Assembly (NCBI GenBank): GCA_018303125.1
Contig: JAGVYS010000003.1
Location: 637 to 64,636, forward strand
Reading direction: 5' to 3'
Length of the DNA stretch: 64,000 nt
DNA from: Candidatus Woesearchaeota archaeon
Lineage (GTDB): Archaea > Nanobdellota > Nanobdellia > Woesearchaeales > WJIZ01
This document shows positions 49,658 to 59,648 of this stretch, piece after piece (the stretch's first letter is position 1; the number at the start of each line of letters is the position of its first letter). Under the pieces are notes generated by a model. The model ran no database searches. It was not told where the DNA came from and saw only the letters and a list, made by a program, of their open reading frames with translations. Position numbers and translations under genes: made by a program.

Positions 49658-49697
49658 GTTGCGCTTTTTTCATTTCCACATTAAACTATGAAGGGAA

Positions 49698-49794
49698 TGC
49701 GAGGGGAGGGATTTGAACCCACGGACCCACTAAGGGACAGGATTTCCTGATTTACTTAAGTCCTGCGCGTTTGGCCAGGCTTCGCTACCCTCGC
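49698..49794 (-). tRNA. tRNA-Leu(UAA) with 11-nt intron at 37/38
   Basis: GCGAGGG...CAGGA CTTAAG[TAAATCAGGAA]A TCCTG, long variable arm. Confidence 0.9.
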
Positions 49795-49960
49795 GCAAAG
49801 GCAAAAAAGCCATAGGCAGTTTATATATTTTCTTAGGCAGGTTTTGCGTGAATATGCAAAATATGCAATGGAGGTTGTGCTCATAATACCAGATTTAGAC
49901 AAAAAAACTTTATAAAATAGAGGGCATTTCATTCGGATAAACCAATACGGGGCAAGAAAG

Positions 49961-50452
49961 ATGGATTACGCAAGAATAGTTGTTGCTCAGATGAACATAG
50001 CAGATATTAACCCAATCGTGCAGGCGGCAACAAACCCAAATGTTTTTTATACTCGCAGCCCGCTAGCGGCTTTAGGCTATGTTAGGGATAGGGAAGTAGA
50101 TGTTGCTGTTGTCGGGCAGGTTTTTTCACGCTTAAACCATGATGATCCTTATTGGGTAAGTGATGGGACAAAGCTGGCCAAAAATATGGAAGAGGTTAGC
50201 CCAAACCTTGTTGTGGCAAGATATAGCTTTGTGCCAGATGAAGGTGACTCATGTGTTTTTCACGCAGATATTCCAAAAAGAAACGCAGATATTGATAAGG
50301 TAGTGGAATTTATAGATTTTGATGGACTTGCCAGTCTATTGAAGGGTAGAGATACTGAAGAAATAATGAGAAGATTCCCGGCATTTACATGGCATAAAAT
50401 GAATTTTAACAGAAATGCTCTTCATTATCAACGAGAATTTTCACTGAGCTGA
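49961..50452 (+). CDS. Hypothetical protein (possibly degenerate receiver-like fold)
   Basis: 163-aa ORF with TATA upstream; RIVVA...AL..V....DVAVV...DG.KLA beta/alpha pattern. Confidence 0.55.
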   Translation: MDYARIVVAQMNIADINPIVQAATNPNVFYTRSPLAALGYVRDREVDVAVVGQVFSRLNHDDPYWVSDGTKLAKNMEEVSPNLVVARYSFVPDEGDSCVFHADIPKRNADIDKVVEFIDFDGLASLLKGRDTEEIMRRFPAFTWHKMNFNRNALHYQREFSLS

Positions 50453-50511
50453 AATCCTTTTAATTTTGTTGCCCACACCGATAATGATACACTCGGCAGA
50501 ATGAAATAAAA

Positions 50512-51012
50512 TCATACCTTGTATCTTTTGCAATAGCTGTAGAGCTTGTTATACAATTTGTAAGATGCCGCAGAAACTATGCCATCGTATCTGCTCATCC
50601 AGTATCTCCAGACGAGCTTGTCCCACAATGTCCTGACAAATATGTACCATGCCTTCTGCTCCCACCTGTGCTCAAGGTCGGTTTCAAGGAAGCCATCAAT
50701 TATGACGAGGATGTGTCCCTTCTGCATGTTTCTTCTTGAATCGCCCCTCTCAAGCGTGAAATCGATCACGTCCTTCATCAGCGCCCTTATCCTGATGACT
50801 GACCTGGAGTCTTCTGTTATGTCCTTCCATAGCTCGAATATGTAGTCAATCTTCTTTCCATCCTGCTCTACATGCTGGAGCTTTTTTTTCGTATCCCTTT
50901 CATAGCCGTTTTCTTTTGTCCAGTCTGCAATCTCCTTGAAGAACTCTTCAATGTCAAACATGCCAGTGTAATTGAATCTAAGGGCATCGATGACTAATTT
51001 TTTCTCTACCAT
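50512..51012 (-). CDS. Unknown-family paralogue 4
   Basis: YTGMFD...W...KG.I...IDGFLETD.EHRW shared with upstream paralogues. Confidence 0.8.
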   Translation of the reverse strand: MVEKKLVIDALRFNYTGMFDIEEFFKEIADWTKENGYERDTKKKLQHVEQDGKKIDYIFELWKDITEDSRSVIRIRALMKDVIDFTLERGDSRRNMQKGHILVIIDGFLETDLEHRWEQKAWYIFVRTLWDKLVWRYWMSRYDGIVSAASYKLYNKLYSYCKRYKV

Positions 51013-51013
51013 C

Positions 51014-51544
51014 TTAGAAGTAAGGCGCCTCCTTTACAGGCACATAGCTCTTGTACATGTTGAAAAATGTCTCGAAGTGGGTATACAGCCCATTGCAATC
51101 ATCCACTATGACTTTCTCGAAGAATTTTGTGTACCTTTTGTATATGAACTTCGCATACAGCGTCCTTATGAATATAAGCATGGGAGCATTGCCCCACCTA
51201 TGCTCATAGTCAGTTTCCATGAATCCGTCGATGTATATTATTATCTTTGCATGGTCCATTGTTTTCTTCCTGCCATCGACAACAATATCGACCTTCTTCA
51301 GGTCATAAATGAGTATCCTTATCTTCATGTATTTCCTCATGAAGTCAGATAGCTTGTACCATGGCCAATATACATACTCTATGCATTTGCCGTGGCTTGT
51401 GTGCTGCTCGGATATGTAATCCGCACCTTTTTCGAAAGGGTTCTCCTTGAACCACCTGGTGAACATCCTGAACATCTCCCTTGTGCTGAATATTCCCTTG
51501 TACTCAAGCTTCATGTGGTCCACAACAAGCCTTACCTCTCCCAT
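51014..51544 (-). CDS. Unknown-family paralogue 3
   Basis: YKGIFS...W...IDGFMETDYEHRW. Confidence 0.8.
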   Translation of the reverse strand: MGEVRLVVDHMKLEYKGIFSTREMFRMFTRWFKENPFEKGADYISEQHTSHGKCIEYVYWPWYKLSDFMRKYMKIRILIYDLKKVDIVVDGRKKTMDHAKIIIYIDGFMETDYEHRWGNAPMLIFIRTLYAKFIYKRYTKFFEKVIVDDCNGLYTHFETFFNMYKSYVPVKEAPYF

Positions 51545-52140
51545 TAGTTGTGGACCCCCATCCAGTTCTTCATTTCGTATTCGTCATACTCCATCTTGAG
51601 CCTTCTTCTTGTCAGCCATACTGCTTTCTGCACTTCCCTATACATCATAACATCCCATGTGTGCCATCCATGTTTTTTCCTCACGACGAAATTGTTCAGG
51701 AACATCCTCATGCTTGCAAGTGTCCTGTTTGAGGACCATCTCCTGCTGCTGCCTTCATGGCTGTGTTCGTCATCAAAGTACATGTCAATGTAGCTCCCGA
51801 ACTCTATCCATATCCTCCCTTTGGTGTAAATTTTCATGTTTCCGTTCGGCAGCCTCACTTCAATGTCATGCGCGTCATATGTGTGTATGTATATATCTAT
51901 ATGGAAATGGTGCATCTCGTCTATCATTCTTTCAGCATGCCATATGTATTGCCTCTCAACGCCGAATGGCGATGGTGCCTTGTGCTTGTATATCTTCTCA
52001 TGGAATTTGTACTTTCTGTCCCTGAAATAGCTTATGAGGAACTCATACAGGTCCTGCATGTCCCACACACCCTTAAACCTTATATGAGGCTTAGGGTGAG
52101 CCATATTTTGTGTAGATTCCCAGTATTCAAGCTTTCTCAT
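51544..52140 (-). CDS. Unknown-family paralogue 2
   Basis: HIRFKGVWDMQDLY...RDRKYKFHEKIYKHKAPSPFGVERQYIW...TKGRIW. Confidence 0.8.
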   Translation of the reverse strand: MRKLEYWESTQNMAHPKPHIRFKGVWDMQDLYEFLISYFRDRKYKFHEKIYKHKAPSPFGVERQYIWHAERMIDEMHHFHIDIYIHTYDAHDIEVRLPNGNMKIYTKGRIWIEFGSYIDMYFDDEHSHEGSSRRWSSNRTLASMRMFLNNFVVRKKHGWHTWDVMMYREVQKAVWLTRRRLKMEYDEYEMKNWMGVHN

Positions 52141-52712
52141 GCTCTAATATGCACTCCCTGCTGGTATGCATCCTCGAAATCCCTTCTCTCGGATTTTAGC
52201 GTTCTAAGCATAACCTGGTAAAGCCCTGACTGCTCTGTCCTGAATCTCCTGTGAAATCCCCCCTCTAGAAGTCTCCTCCTGTAAATGTAGTTCATGTAAA
52301 ATGCCTTCAGCTGCCCGAAGAAAGAGTTCCTGTCAAAATCCTTCTTTGGGTCCCAGGAGCTCGTGAGCCTTATGACAACCCAGATCTTTCCCTTGGTAAG
52401 GGTCTTTTTCTCTCCATTATTGTCATGCACATCTATGTCATGCGCGTCATATGTGTGTATGTATATGTTGAATGTTACCTCCATCCAATCATCAATCAGT
52501 TGCTCGGCCTCCCATATGTACTGCCTCTCAACGCCGAATGGCGATGGTGCCTTGTGCTTGTATATCTTTTCATGGAATTTGTACTTTCTGTCCCTTAGGT
52601 AGTTTATTGCTGCATCATACAACTCCTGCATATCCCACACGCCCTTGAACCTTATGTGCAAGTCTCCTGGCAGAGGCATTCCTTTCTGGGGTATATCCTT
52701 GTATCTAGCCAT
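52137..52712 (-). CDS. Unknown-family paralogue 1
   Basis: HIRFKGVWDMQELY...RDRKYKFHEKIYKHKAPSPFGVERQYIW...TKGKIW. Confidence 0.8.
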   Translation of the reverse strand: MARYKDIPQKGMPLPGDLHIRFKGVWDMQELYDAAINYLRDRKYKFHEKIYKHKAPSPFGVERQYIWEAEQLIDDWMEVTFNIYIHTYDAHDIDVHDNNGEKKTLTKGKIWVVIRLTSSWDPKKDFDRNSFFGQLKAFYMNYIYRRRLLEGGFHRRFRTEQSGLYQVMLRTLKSERRDFEDAYQQGVHIRA

Positions 52713-52787
52713 GGCTTCAAATGCGTTATCTTTCTATATAAAACTTTCTTTTTTATATATTAGTATACAAAAAAGGGAATTAGCAAA

Positions 52788-54626
52788 TCAGTATCTAAGA
52801 AGTATCTCCACGTTCTTCCCGAACAATTCCCTTAAATTCTCGAATATGGCTTCCTTTATAAGGACGTTTTCAGGTATGCTTACCTTGGAAAGCGCCTTCT
52901 CATATTCCTCAAGCGAGCTCTTCTCTATGCTCTCCAGGCCTCCATTATCATTGAGCCTTCCCTTTGAGATGTCCTTCTCTTGGCCATCTATGTCATGGAT
53001 TATGAATGCGTTCTTGCCTGCAAGGAGCACCTCTCCATACTTGTTCCCGTATTTGAACCTTATCTTAGCCTTCTCTATCTCCCTTCCCCTTTTCCTCTGT
53101 ATATATTCGACAAGGAATTTCACGAGGTTATGCGAGTCCTTCTTGGCATTCTCAACTTCCTGCTTTGTCAGCTTGTTAGCCTCATAATCCTTTCTTGCTT
53201 TTATTATGCAGTTGAGAATCCTTAGGTATTTGGCAGGCACAAGTCCCTTGGATATAAGCTCGTCTTCGAAAACAGTAACTATTTCTGAGTCAGCAGCTTT
53301 TGATATGCCTTCTATCCTTAGCACATCCCTTATGGCAGTTATGGAATTTTCATATACCTGCACAACATCTTCCTTCTCCTTAATCTTCTCGATTTCCGAG
53401 AATAATCTCTTAATCCTCTTGAGGTACTTGTCAGCATCCTCAAGCAGCTGGTCGACTTCCTTGCCAGATAACTCCTTCTTAGTGCCATGCTCTATGTCTT
53501 TTCTTACATTTATGTTCCTATCAAGTATCTCTACATATTTGCTTTCAAGGAGCTTCTCCTTCTTTACGAATATATCCCTCATAAGCTCCGCTGTTTCACG
53601 CGGCGCAGGAGGTGGCACACCATACATCATAAGGGCAGCCTGCGATGGCGTCAGGATGGCATAATATATGTCCTCCATCCCTATGTTCTTGAGTGAATAC
53701 CTTACGCGCTGGAGCATCTGCTCTCCGGAGTTCATGAACATGTCTATTGCCTCTGTGCTTGGCTTTATCTTGCCCATCCTTAGCAGCTGCTTCCAGGGCA
53801 TGAACATTCCCCTGTCATAGAACGGTACTCCGTCTCTTAGCAGGGTGAATATTATCGGGTTTGCCTCTTTCAGGCTGTCCCAGAAATCAGTCAGTATGTA
53901 GACTTGGATGTTGAGCTTGTTTTTTATTCCTGTGGCCTCTCCTGCCTCTATGCCCATTCCTATTATGATTGCCCTTAGCTTGTCCTTCAGCTCTGCTCGG
54001 GACATTTTCTTTACGTCAGTATCATCTATTACAATCCATACATCTATGTCAGATGACTTTGTTGCCCTTCCCTGGACAAGGGAGCCGGCAAGGACATAGC
54101 TCACTATATACTTCTCGAACTTCTTGAGCACCATTGTTTTGTGCACTTCAGCTATCTTTATGGCCTGCAGCATTCCGTTGTCATGGACAGGCGCGCTTAC
54201 AGAAATAAGCTGGAGCAGGTCATACTTTGCGTCATAGCAGTTCTGCCACAACTCAGACAGGATTATAGTATCCGCTACCAGGTTTTTGTCTATCTCCTTG
54301 GCTATGCTGCCCATTATTGTATGCAGCTTTGTTCCGAGCTCATACTTGGTCATCTTCTTTGAGTCAGAATCATCAACAAGCACGAGGATAGATATGGCAT
54401 CCTTGTTCTGCTCCTCGCCCTCCTTTGGCTTTGGGGGAGGTAGAAGCGTTATTCCCATTACATACTTGTCAAATTTCTCAAGAACTTTTTCCTTGAACTT
54501 CTCAAGCTTCGACTTTATCTCCTTGAGCTTTTCCTCAGCCTCTTTAGGCAGGTTTGCAGGAAAGCTGGGCATCTGTACGTCTTTCAGCTCGCTCTCGAAA
54601 TCCTTGCCGCTTTTCTTCTTTGACAT
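52788..54626 (-). CDS. Tandem nucleotidyltransferase (MNT) domains + HEPN-like domains
   Basis: Internal repeat VLEKFDKY..LVDDSD..ELW..HDNG / VLKKFEKY..AGSLVQG..SDIDV..IDDTD..DFW..YDRG; then YYAIL...RKDIEHG and ARKDYEA. Confidence 0.8.
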   Translation of the reverse strand: MSKKKSGKDFESELKDVQMPSFPANLPKEAEEKLKEIKSKLEKFKEKVLEKFDKYVMGITLLPPPKPKEGEEQNKDAISILVLVDDSDSKKMTKYELGTKLHTIMGSIAKEIDKNLVADTIILSELWQNCYDAKYDLLQLISVSAPVHDNGMLQAIKIAEVHKTMVLKKFEKYIVSYVLAGSLVQGRATKSSDIDVWIVIDDTDVKKMSRAELKDKLRAIIIGMGIEAGEATGIKNKLNIQVYILTDFWDSLKEANPIIFTLLRDGVPFYDRGMFMPWKQLLRMGKIKPSTEAIDMFMNSGEQMLQRVRYSLKNIGMEDIYYAILTPSQAALMMYGVPPPAPRETAELMRDIFVKKEKLLESKYVEILDRNINVRKDIEHGTKKELSGKEVDQLLEDADKYLKRIKRLFSEIEKIKEKEDVVQVYENSITAIRDVLRIEGISKAADSEIVTVFEDELISKGLVPAKYLRILNCIIKARKDYEANKLTKQEVENAKKDSHNLVKFLVEYIQRKRGREIEKAKIRFKYGNKYGEVLLAGKNAFIIHDIDGQEKDISKGRLNDNGGLESIEKSSLEEYEKALSKVSIPENVLIKEAIFENLRELFGKNVEILLRY

Positions 54627-54669
54627 TCAACCACAAATTCACAGGCATATTTAAAAATATTGCGCCATG

Positions 54670-55740
54670 CTAGCATGGCACTATATCATCCCTTCTTACA
54701 ATCTCGCTTACCTTCCTGCCAAGGGCAGCAGAAGCTTCCTTGCTCTTCAGCCCTTTTACCTTTCTCATCTCGGAAGCGCTTAGCAGCGATATGCCCTTCG
54801 CGAAGCTTCCTATCTTTACAACATCGCCCTGAGAAAAATTTCCCTCAACATTTACTACGCCGACAGGCAGAAGGCTTGACTTGCCGTCCTTCATTATCTC
54901 AATTGCGCATTCATTTATGGATATTTTTCCCTTTGGCTTGGCCGCTAGTATCCACCTTTTTCTAGCGTTAAGCTTTTCAGACGGGAGAAATATTGTTCCT
55001 GGGTTTTCCCCTTCTATAATCCTGCTTATTACCTTCTTTTCCCTTCCTTCAGCTATCGCCATAGTGCTGCCTGATTTCATGACTATTGATGCAGCTCTTA
55101 TCTTTGACTTCATCCCGCCAACGGAGAAAAATGAGCCGGCCTTACCTGCATAGCTCTCTATCTCATTGTCAATCTTGCTGACAACCTTTATCTTTCTAGC
55201 ATCCGAGTTCTTCTTTGGGTTGTCATCGTAAAGGCCGTCTATGTCGCTTAGTATTATCAGCAAATCCGCGTCAATCTTTGTGCTTACCAGCGCAGACATT
55301 ACATCATTGTCGCCGAAAGCAGTACCGATTTCATCTATGCTTACAACATCATTCTCATTTATTATTGGCACTACCTTATTTTTCAGGAGCATCTCCATGC
55401 AGTTCTTCAGGTTAAGGTAGGACTTCCTGTTGGAAAGTACGTCATAAGTAAGGAGTATCTGCGCAATGTCAATGCCCTGCACGCTGAAGGCTTTCTCATA
55501 TTCCTTCATGAGTATTATCTGCCCGATTGCGGCAAGGGATTGCCTTTTTACTATGCCCCTTGTGTCCTTTATTCCGCTCTTCATTGCACCGAATCCTATC
55601 GCCCCGGAACTTACAATGACTATCTCTTTTCCATTCCTTACTAATCCAGCGACTTCTTCTGATATCCCTTTTATGTACTCTGTATCTATCTTGCCTGATT
55701 TTGTCAGGGTGCTTGTGCCTATCTTAACAACTACTCTCAT
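54670..55740 (-). CDS. proB: Glutamate 5-kinase
   Basis: VVKIGTS, VSSGA, PIINEND, FGDND, GGMKSK, PUA domain. Confidence 0.96.
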   Translation of the reverse strand: MRVVVKIGTSTLTKSGKIDTEYIKGISEEVAGLVRNGKEIVIVSSGAIGFGAMKSGIKDTRGIVKRQSLAAIGQIILMKEYEKAFSVQGIDIAQILLTYDVLSNRKSYLNLKNCMEMLLKNKVVPIINENDVVSIDEIGTAFGDNDVMSALVSTKIDADLLIILSDIDGLYDDNPKKNSDARKIKVVSKIDNEIESYAGKAGSFFSVGGMKSKIRAASIVMKSGSTMAIAEGREKKVISRIIEGENPGTIFLPSEKLNARKRWILAAKPKGKISINECAIEIMKDGKSSLLPVGVVNVEGNFSQGDVVKIGSFAKGISLLSASEMRKVKGLKSKEASAALGRKVSEIVRRDDIVPC

Positions 55741-57026
55741 TGTAGCGGAAATTCCCTCCTTAGCATCTTGTGGCTGTAACTCTTTCCATTGCTGAACTCA
55801 GCAACAGTGTGCCCTTTTCCGATAAGCTTCCATTTGTATGTCATCAGTCCATCAACTCCCACAGGCCCCCTTGCATGCACCTTGGATGTAGAAATACCAA
55901 GCTCAGCACCGAGCCCATATCGGTAGCCGTCGGAAAACCTGGTTGAGCAGTTCCAGAAGACATTTGCGGAATCGACCTTGCTCATGAATTTCTCTGCCTT
56001 TTCACTGCTATTCGTTATTATAGAGTCAGTGTGCCTGCTTCCGTGGATATTTATGTGTTCTATTGCCTCTTCCATATCCTGCACAGTCTTTATAGACACA
56101 ACAAGATTGTTGTACTCTGTATCCCAATCAGCATTTTTTGCATTCTCCACATCTATGAATTTTCTTGTTCCCTCATCTCCGAGAATCTTCACTCCAGCTC
56201 CTTCAAGGTCTGCCTTCAGGGCAGGCAGGAATTTTTCTGCAATTTTGCTGTGCACAAGTATCGTTTCAACAGCATTGCATGCTGCAGGATACTGGCATTT
56301 TGAGTCATGGCATATCTTCAAGGCCATGCTTACATCAGCGTCCTCATCAACATAGGCATGGCATATCCCGCTGCTGTGGCCCAGCACAGGGATGCTTGTG
56401 TTCTCCATAACATGCCTTACAAGCTCATTTGAGCCCCTCGGTACGATAAGGTCTATGTAATTATCAAGAGCAAGCATCTCATTTGCCTCTTCCCTTTTTT
56501 CCAGCAGGCTTATCCACCCAACAGGCAGGATTTTTCCACACGCATCTTTTATTATCCTGAAAAGTATGCTGTTCGTCCTTATGGCTTCTCTGCCGCCCTT
56601 AAGCAAGACAGAGTTTCCTGATTTCAGGCAGAGCGCAGCTATCTGCACTAATGCATCTGGCCTTGACTCAAATATCACTCCTATCACGCCTATAGGGCAA
56701 CTGACCTTGTAAAGTTCAAGCCCGTTGCTAAGCTCCATGGCACTGAGCGTTCTTCCGACAGGGTCAGGCATCTTTGATATATCACTTAATCCCCTGACAA
56801 GCTCCTCAATCTTCTCTTTTCCCAGGCCAAGCCTCTTCCTCATTGCATCCTGCATTCCTTTGCTGTCTGATATATCCTTCCTGTTTTCCTCTGATATCCT
56901 ATTTACTTCAGAAAGCAGCGCTTTTTCTATGCTTTTCAGTGCATGATTCCTGGCATCTCCATTTAGTGTTGCCATTAGGTAAGAAGCTTTTCTAGCATTT
57001 CTTGCCTTTTCCTCAGTTTGTGTCAT
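55737..57026 (-). CDS. proA: Gamma-glutamyl phosphate reductase
   Basis: PIGVIGVIFESRP, IVPRG, AACNAVET, STRFSDG, HARGPVG. Confidence 0.96.
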   Translation of the reverse strand: MTQTEEKARNARKASYLMATLNGDARNHALKSIEKALLSEVNRISEENRKDISDSKGMQDAMRKRLGLGKEKIEELVRGLSDISKMPDPVGRTLSAMELSNGLELYKVSCPIGVIGVIFESRPDALVQIAALCLKSGNSVLLKGGREAIRTNSILFRIIKDACGKILPVGWISLLEKREEANEMLALDNYIDLIVPRGSNELVRHVMENTSIPVLGHSSGICHAYVDEDADVSMALKICHDSKCQYPAACNAVETILVHSKIAEKFLPALKADLEGAGVKILGDEGTRKFIDVENAKNADWDTEYNNLVVSIKTVQDMEEAIEHINIHGSRHTDSIITNSSEKAEKFMSKVDSANVFWNCSTRFSDGYRYGLGAELGISTSKVHARGPVGVDGLMTYKWKLIGKGHTVAEFSNGKSYSHKMLRREFPLQ

Positions 57027-57799
57027 TTTCCGAGTTCTATGCTCCTTTCTGTCGCCTTTTTTACTGTTTCTGATATAATTTTTTTTATCTCTGATTTTTC
57101 AAGGATTTTTCTTCCTGCTTCTGTTGTCCCGCCCTTGCTTGATACCCTTGCTATAAGTTCATCAGGCCTAATTCCTTGCTCTTCCAGCAGCTTAGCCGTG
57201 CCAAGGAAACTTTTCAGGGCAAGCCTGTAAGCCACTTTTTCATCCAATCCGTTTTCCCTTCCAGCTGAAGCAAAGCATTCTATCAAGTAGGCAATGAATG
57301 CAGGTCCTGAGCCTGATAGGCCAGTTACTGCATCAAGGAGATTTTCAGGCATCCTGTGCGCCTCTCCCATGGATGAGAGAATCTTTGCGACATCATTCAG
57401 CTCTTTTTCTGAAACCTGCTTATTTCCAGAATAGCCGGCAGCCATCTCTCCAACCAGACATGGCGTGTTTGGCATGACCCTTACAATCTTCTTTTTACCG
57501 ATTATCGATTCCATTCGCGATATTTTTATGCCTGCTGCTATAGAGACTAGTATCCTGTTGCCAATTTCAGGCTTTATCTCTTTAAGGACAGCCTCAATAT
57601 CAGAAGGCTTCACGCATATGAAAACCATTTCTGATTTGCTTACGACATCGCTGTTGCTTTTTGCTGCTCTTATACAGAGCCCATCAAGCTTGCCAATGTC
57701 CCTGTCAAAGGAAATGATTTCCTTATACCCTTTTGACTTGAGCGAGCCTATCATGGCCCTTCCCATGTTCCCCGTGCCTATGAAGCCTATGCATGCCAT
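57023..57799 (-). CDS. proC: Pyrroline-5-carboxylate reductase
   Basis: IGFIGTGNMG, VKP, SIAAG, RVMPNTP, SGSGPA, SKGGTT. Confidence 0.96.
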   Translation of the reverse strand: MACIGFIGTGNMGRAMIGSLKSKGYKEIISFDRDIGKLDGLCIRAAKSNSDVVSKSEMVFICVKPSDIEAVLKEIKPEIGNRILVSIAAGIKISRMESIIGKKKIVRVMPNTPCLVGEMAAGYSGNKQVSEKELNDVAKILSSMGEAHRMPENLLDAVTGLSGSGPAFIAYLIECFASAGRENGLDEKVAYRLALKSFLGTAKLLEEQGIRPDELIARVSSKGGTTEAGRKILEKSEIKKIISETVKKATERSIELGK

Positions 57800-57841
57800 A
57801 AAGCCAAACCAAAGAATTGAGATTAATAAATCTTTAGGGGA

Positions 57842-58033
57842 TTAATCATCAATATTCAGCCGGAAATTCTCATCATCAAGGCGCTTCTTCAGATTTTTCA
57901 TGTCATTGTCTATCTTGACAAGCAATGAAACATCCCCGAACTGCATTGACGCACACTCGAGGCAATAGTGCTCTGACCCGCCCTTAATGCGGAACTCCGC
58001 ATCCTCACCGCATAATGTACACTTCCTTGTCAT
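57842..58033 (-). CDS. Small Zn-finger protein
   Basis: 63 aa, CTLC...YCLEC. Confidence 0.65.
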   Translation of the reverse strand: MTRKCTLCGEDAEFRIKGGSEHYCLECASMQFGDVSLLVKIDNDMKNLKKRLDDENFRLNIDD

Positions 58034-58158
58034 AGTGCATTAAGAAACTGAAGAGATACCCACTCCCTTCTAAGCAATCCGCCCATGCTATCTTTTCTGT
58101 TATCTTATTATTTAAAATTTTTTATTTGCGTGTATCTAAACCCTATACTAGGGTATTT

Positions 58159-58482
58159 TCAATGCCTATTGCGCCCAAGTATAAGAATAGCTACCTGCGC
58201 CAGCAGGAAAACAATTGTGGCATACATTGTTACTTCCAGGACAGCAAACCTGGCAAGCATATTGTACTTGAATCCTGAAATCAATGGGATGGTTGCAGCA
58301 GCCAGACACACTAAGTAAATAGCAACATTCCTTGGCTCCCTCAAGTCATGGAAGCTCCTTAGCGTTATAACCCAGAAAAATGCTCCATTGACTAATGCAG
58401 CAACAAATATGTTGTAGAAAGAAAACCCAATCCAGAGGAAAAACAGGACAATGCAGATGATTGCCAGCACTATTATTAGCAT
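58159..58482 (-). CDS. Small membrane protein
   Basis: 107 aa, about 4 hydrophobic segments. Confidence 0.6.
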   Translation of the reverse strand: MLIIVLAIICIVLFFLWIGFSFYNIFVAALVNGAFFWVITLRSFHDLREPRNVAIYLVCLAAATIPLISGFKYNMLARFAVLEVTMYATIVFLLAQVAILILGRNRH

Positions 58483-58516
58483 AGCTTCTTTGTTTTTCTT
58501 AAGTTTAAAATCCTTT

Positions 58517-59335
58517 TCATATTCTCCACGTAAGCCTGTCGATTAATCCTGAAGGAAGAATCCTTTTCAGTACTGCTACAGCATAAGTAGGGAAGGTCAC
58601 ATAGTACCTTCTCCTCGGCTTCCTGCTCTCAATTGCCTTTATCAGTTTCCTTAGCACGGCTTCAGGTGGCAAGGTGAACGCATTAAGCGCTCCTTTCTTT
58701 TCAAGCCCTTTCTTCATCCTCTCATATGTTTCCCTGTGCACGCTATTTTTTTCATCAATATTTTTCTTGAAAGCAATATAGGCATTATGCCTCAGCTTTG
58801 TTAATATCGGGCCAGGCTCAATCAGTATGGACTTTATTCTCGTTCCCATTAGCTCTATCCTGAGTGCATCTGAGAAAGCCTCCATGGCAAACTTTGTTGC
58901 GCAGTATGCGCTCCTGTAAGGCATTGACAAGAGCCCGACAACAGAGCTGTTCCATACTATCCTTCCGCCGCCTTGCTTTCTCATAATCCTGACTGTTTTT
59001 GCAGCAAGCTCCACAGCGCCAAAGAGGTTTGTTTCGAACTGCCCAGAGATAGATTTTCTTGTCAGGTCCTCCACAGCGCCAGGCTGGACATAGCCGGCAT
59101 TGTTGAACAGGAAGTCTATCCTTCCCACTTTCATAAGAATCTCTCCAAGGGCTTTGTCTATTAACTCAGAGCTGGCAACGTCAAGCAGGAATGAATCAAA
59201 TCCCATGCCCTTAAGCATCTTAACATCTTTCTTCTTCCTCGCAGTTGCAAGGACCCTGTAACCTCTCTTTTTCAGGCCAATTGCACAATGAAGCCCTATT
59301 CCGGAAGAACATCCAGTTATTAGAATTGTTTTCAT
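58517..59335 (-). CDS. Short-chain dehydrogenase/reductase (YbbO-like)
   Basis: ITGCSSGIG, NNAG, SS, YCATK, IEPGPI. Confidence 0.93.
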   Translation of the reverse strand: MKTILITGCSSGIGLHCAIGLKKRGYRVLATARKKKDVKMLKGMGFDSFLLDVASSELIDKALGEILMKVGRIDFLFNNAGYVQPGAVEDLTRKSISGQFETNLFGAVELAAKTVRIMRKQGGGRIVWNSSVVGLLSMPYRSAYCATKFAMEAFSDALRIELMGTRIKSILIEPGPILTKLRHNAYIAFKKNIDEKNSVHRETYERMKKGLEKKGALNAFTLPPEAVLRKLIKAIESRKPRRRYYVTFPTYAVAVLKRILPSGLIDRLTWRI

Positions 59336-59363
59336 TTTTTTCTTTGGCTGTTATATGAAAAGA

Positions 59364-59508
59364 TGCGGGGAGTAGGATTTGAACCCACGTAGGCACTAAG
59401 CCAACAGGTGTCTTCCAGTCACAGCAAAAAGCTCCTAACACCTTTCTCCGAAACGACCTAAGCTTAGACATTAATTACTGTCCCGTTTGACCGCTCCGGC
59501 ATCCCCGC
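59364..59508 (-). tRNA. tRNA-Leu, probably (UAG), with ~61 nt of intron sequence in at least two introns
   Basis: GCGGGGA...ACAG[14 nt]G CTTAGG[47 nt]A CCTGT, Leu-type variable arm, GTTCAAAT; anticodon assignment depends on splice parse. Confidence 0.75.
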
Positions 59509-59648
59509 ATGCGTTTATGAATCCTCAGGATATTTAAAAAGTTACCTGTCAGCTTTTTCTCTACTTGGCTTCGCTCCTATTCATATCTAGACTGAAGCCA
59601 ATGTATTCAGCAAAATCTATATAAATCTCATCTTACCTCATCTTGCGT

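Noticed and set aside
51863..52595. Diversity-generating retroelement TR/VR pair
   Set aside because: No reverse transcriptase in the window; both copies are at equivalent positions inside paralogous genes, and only two synonymous differences exist.
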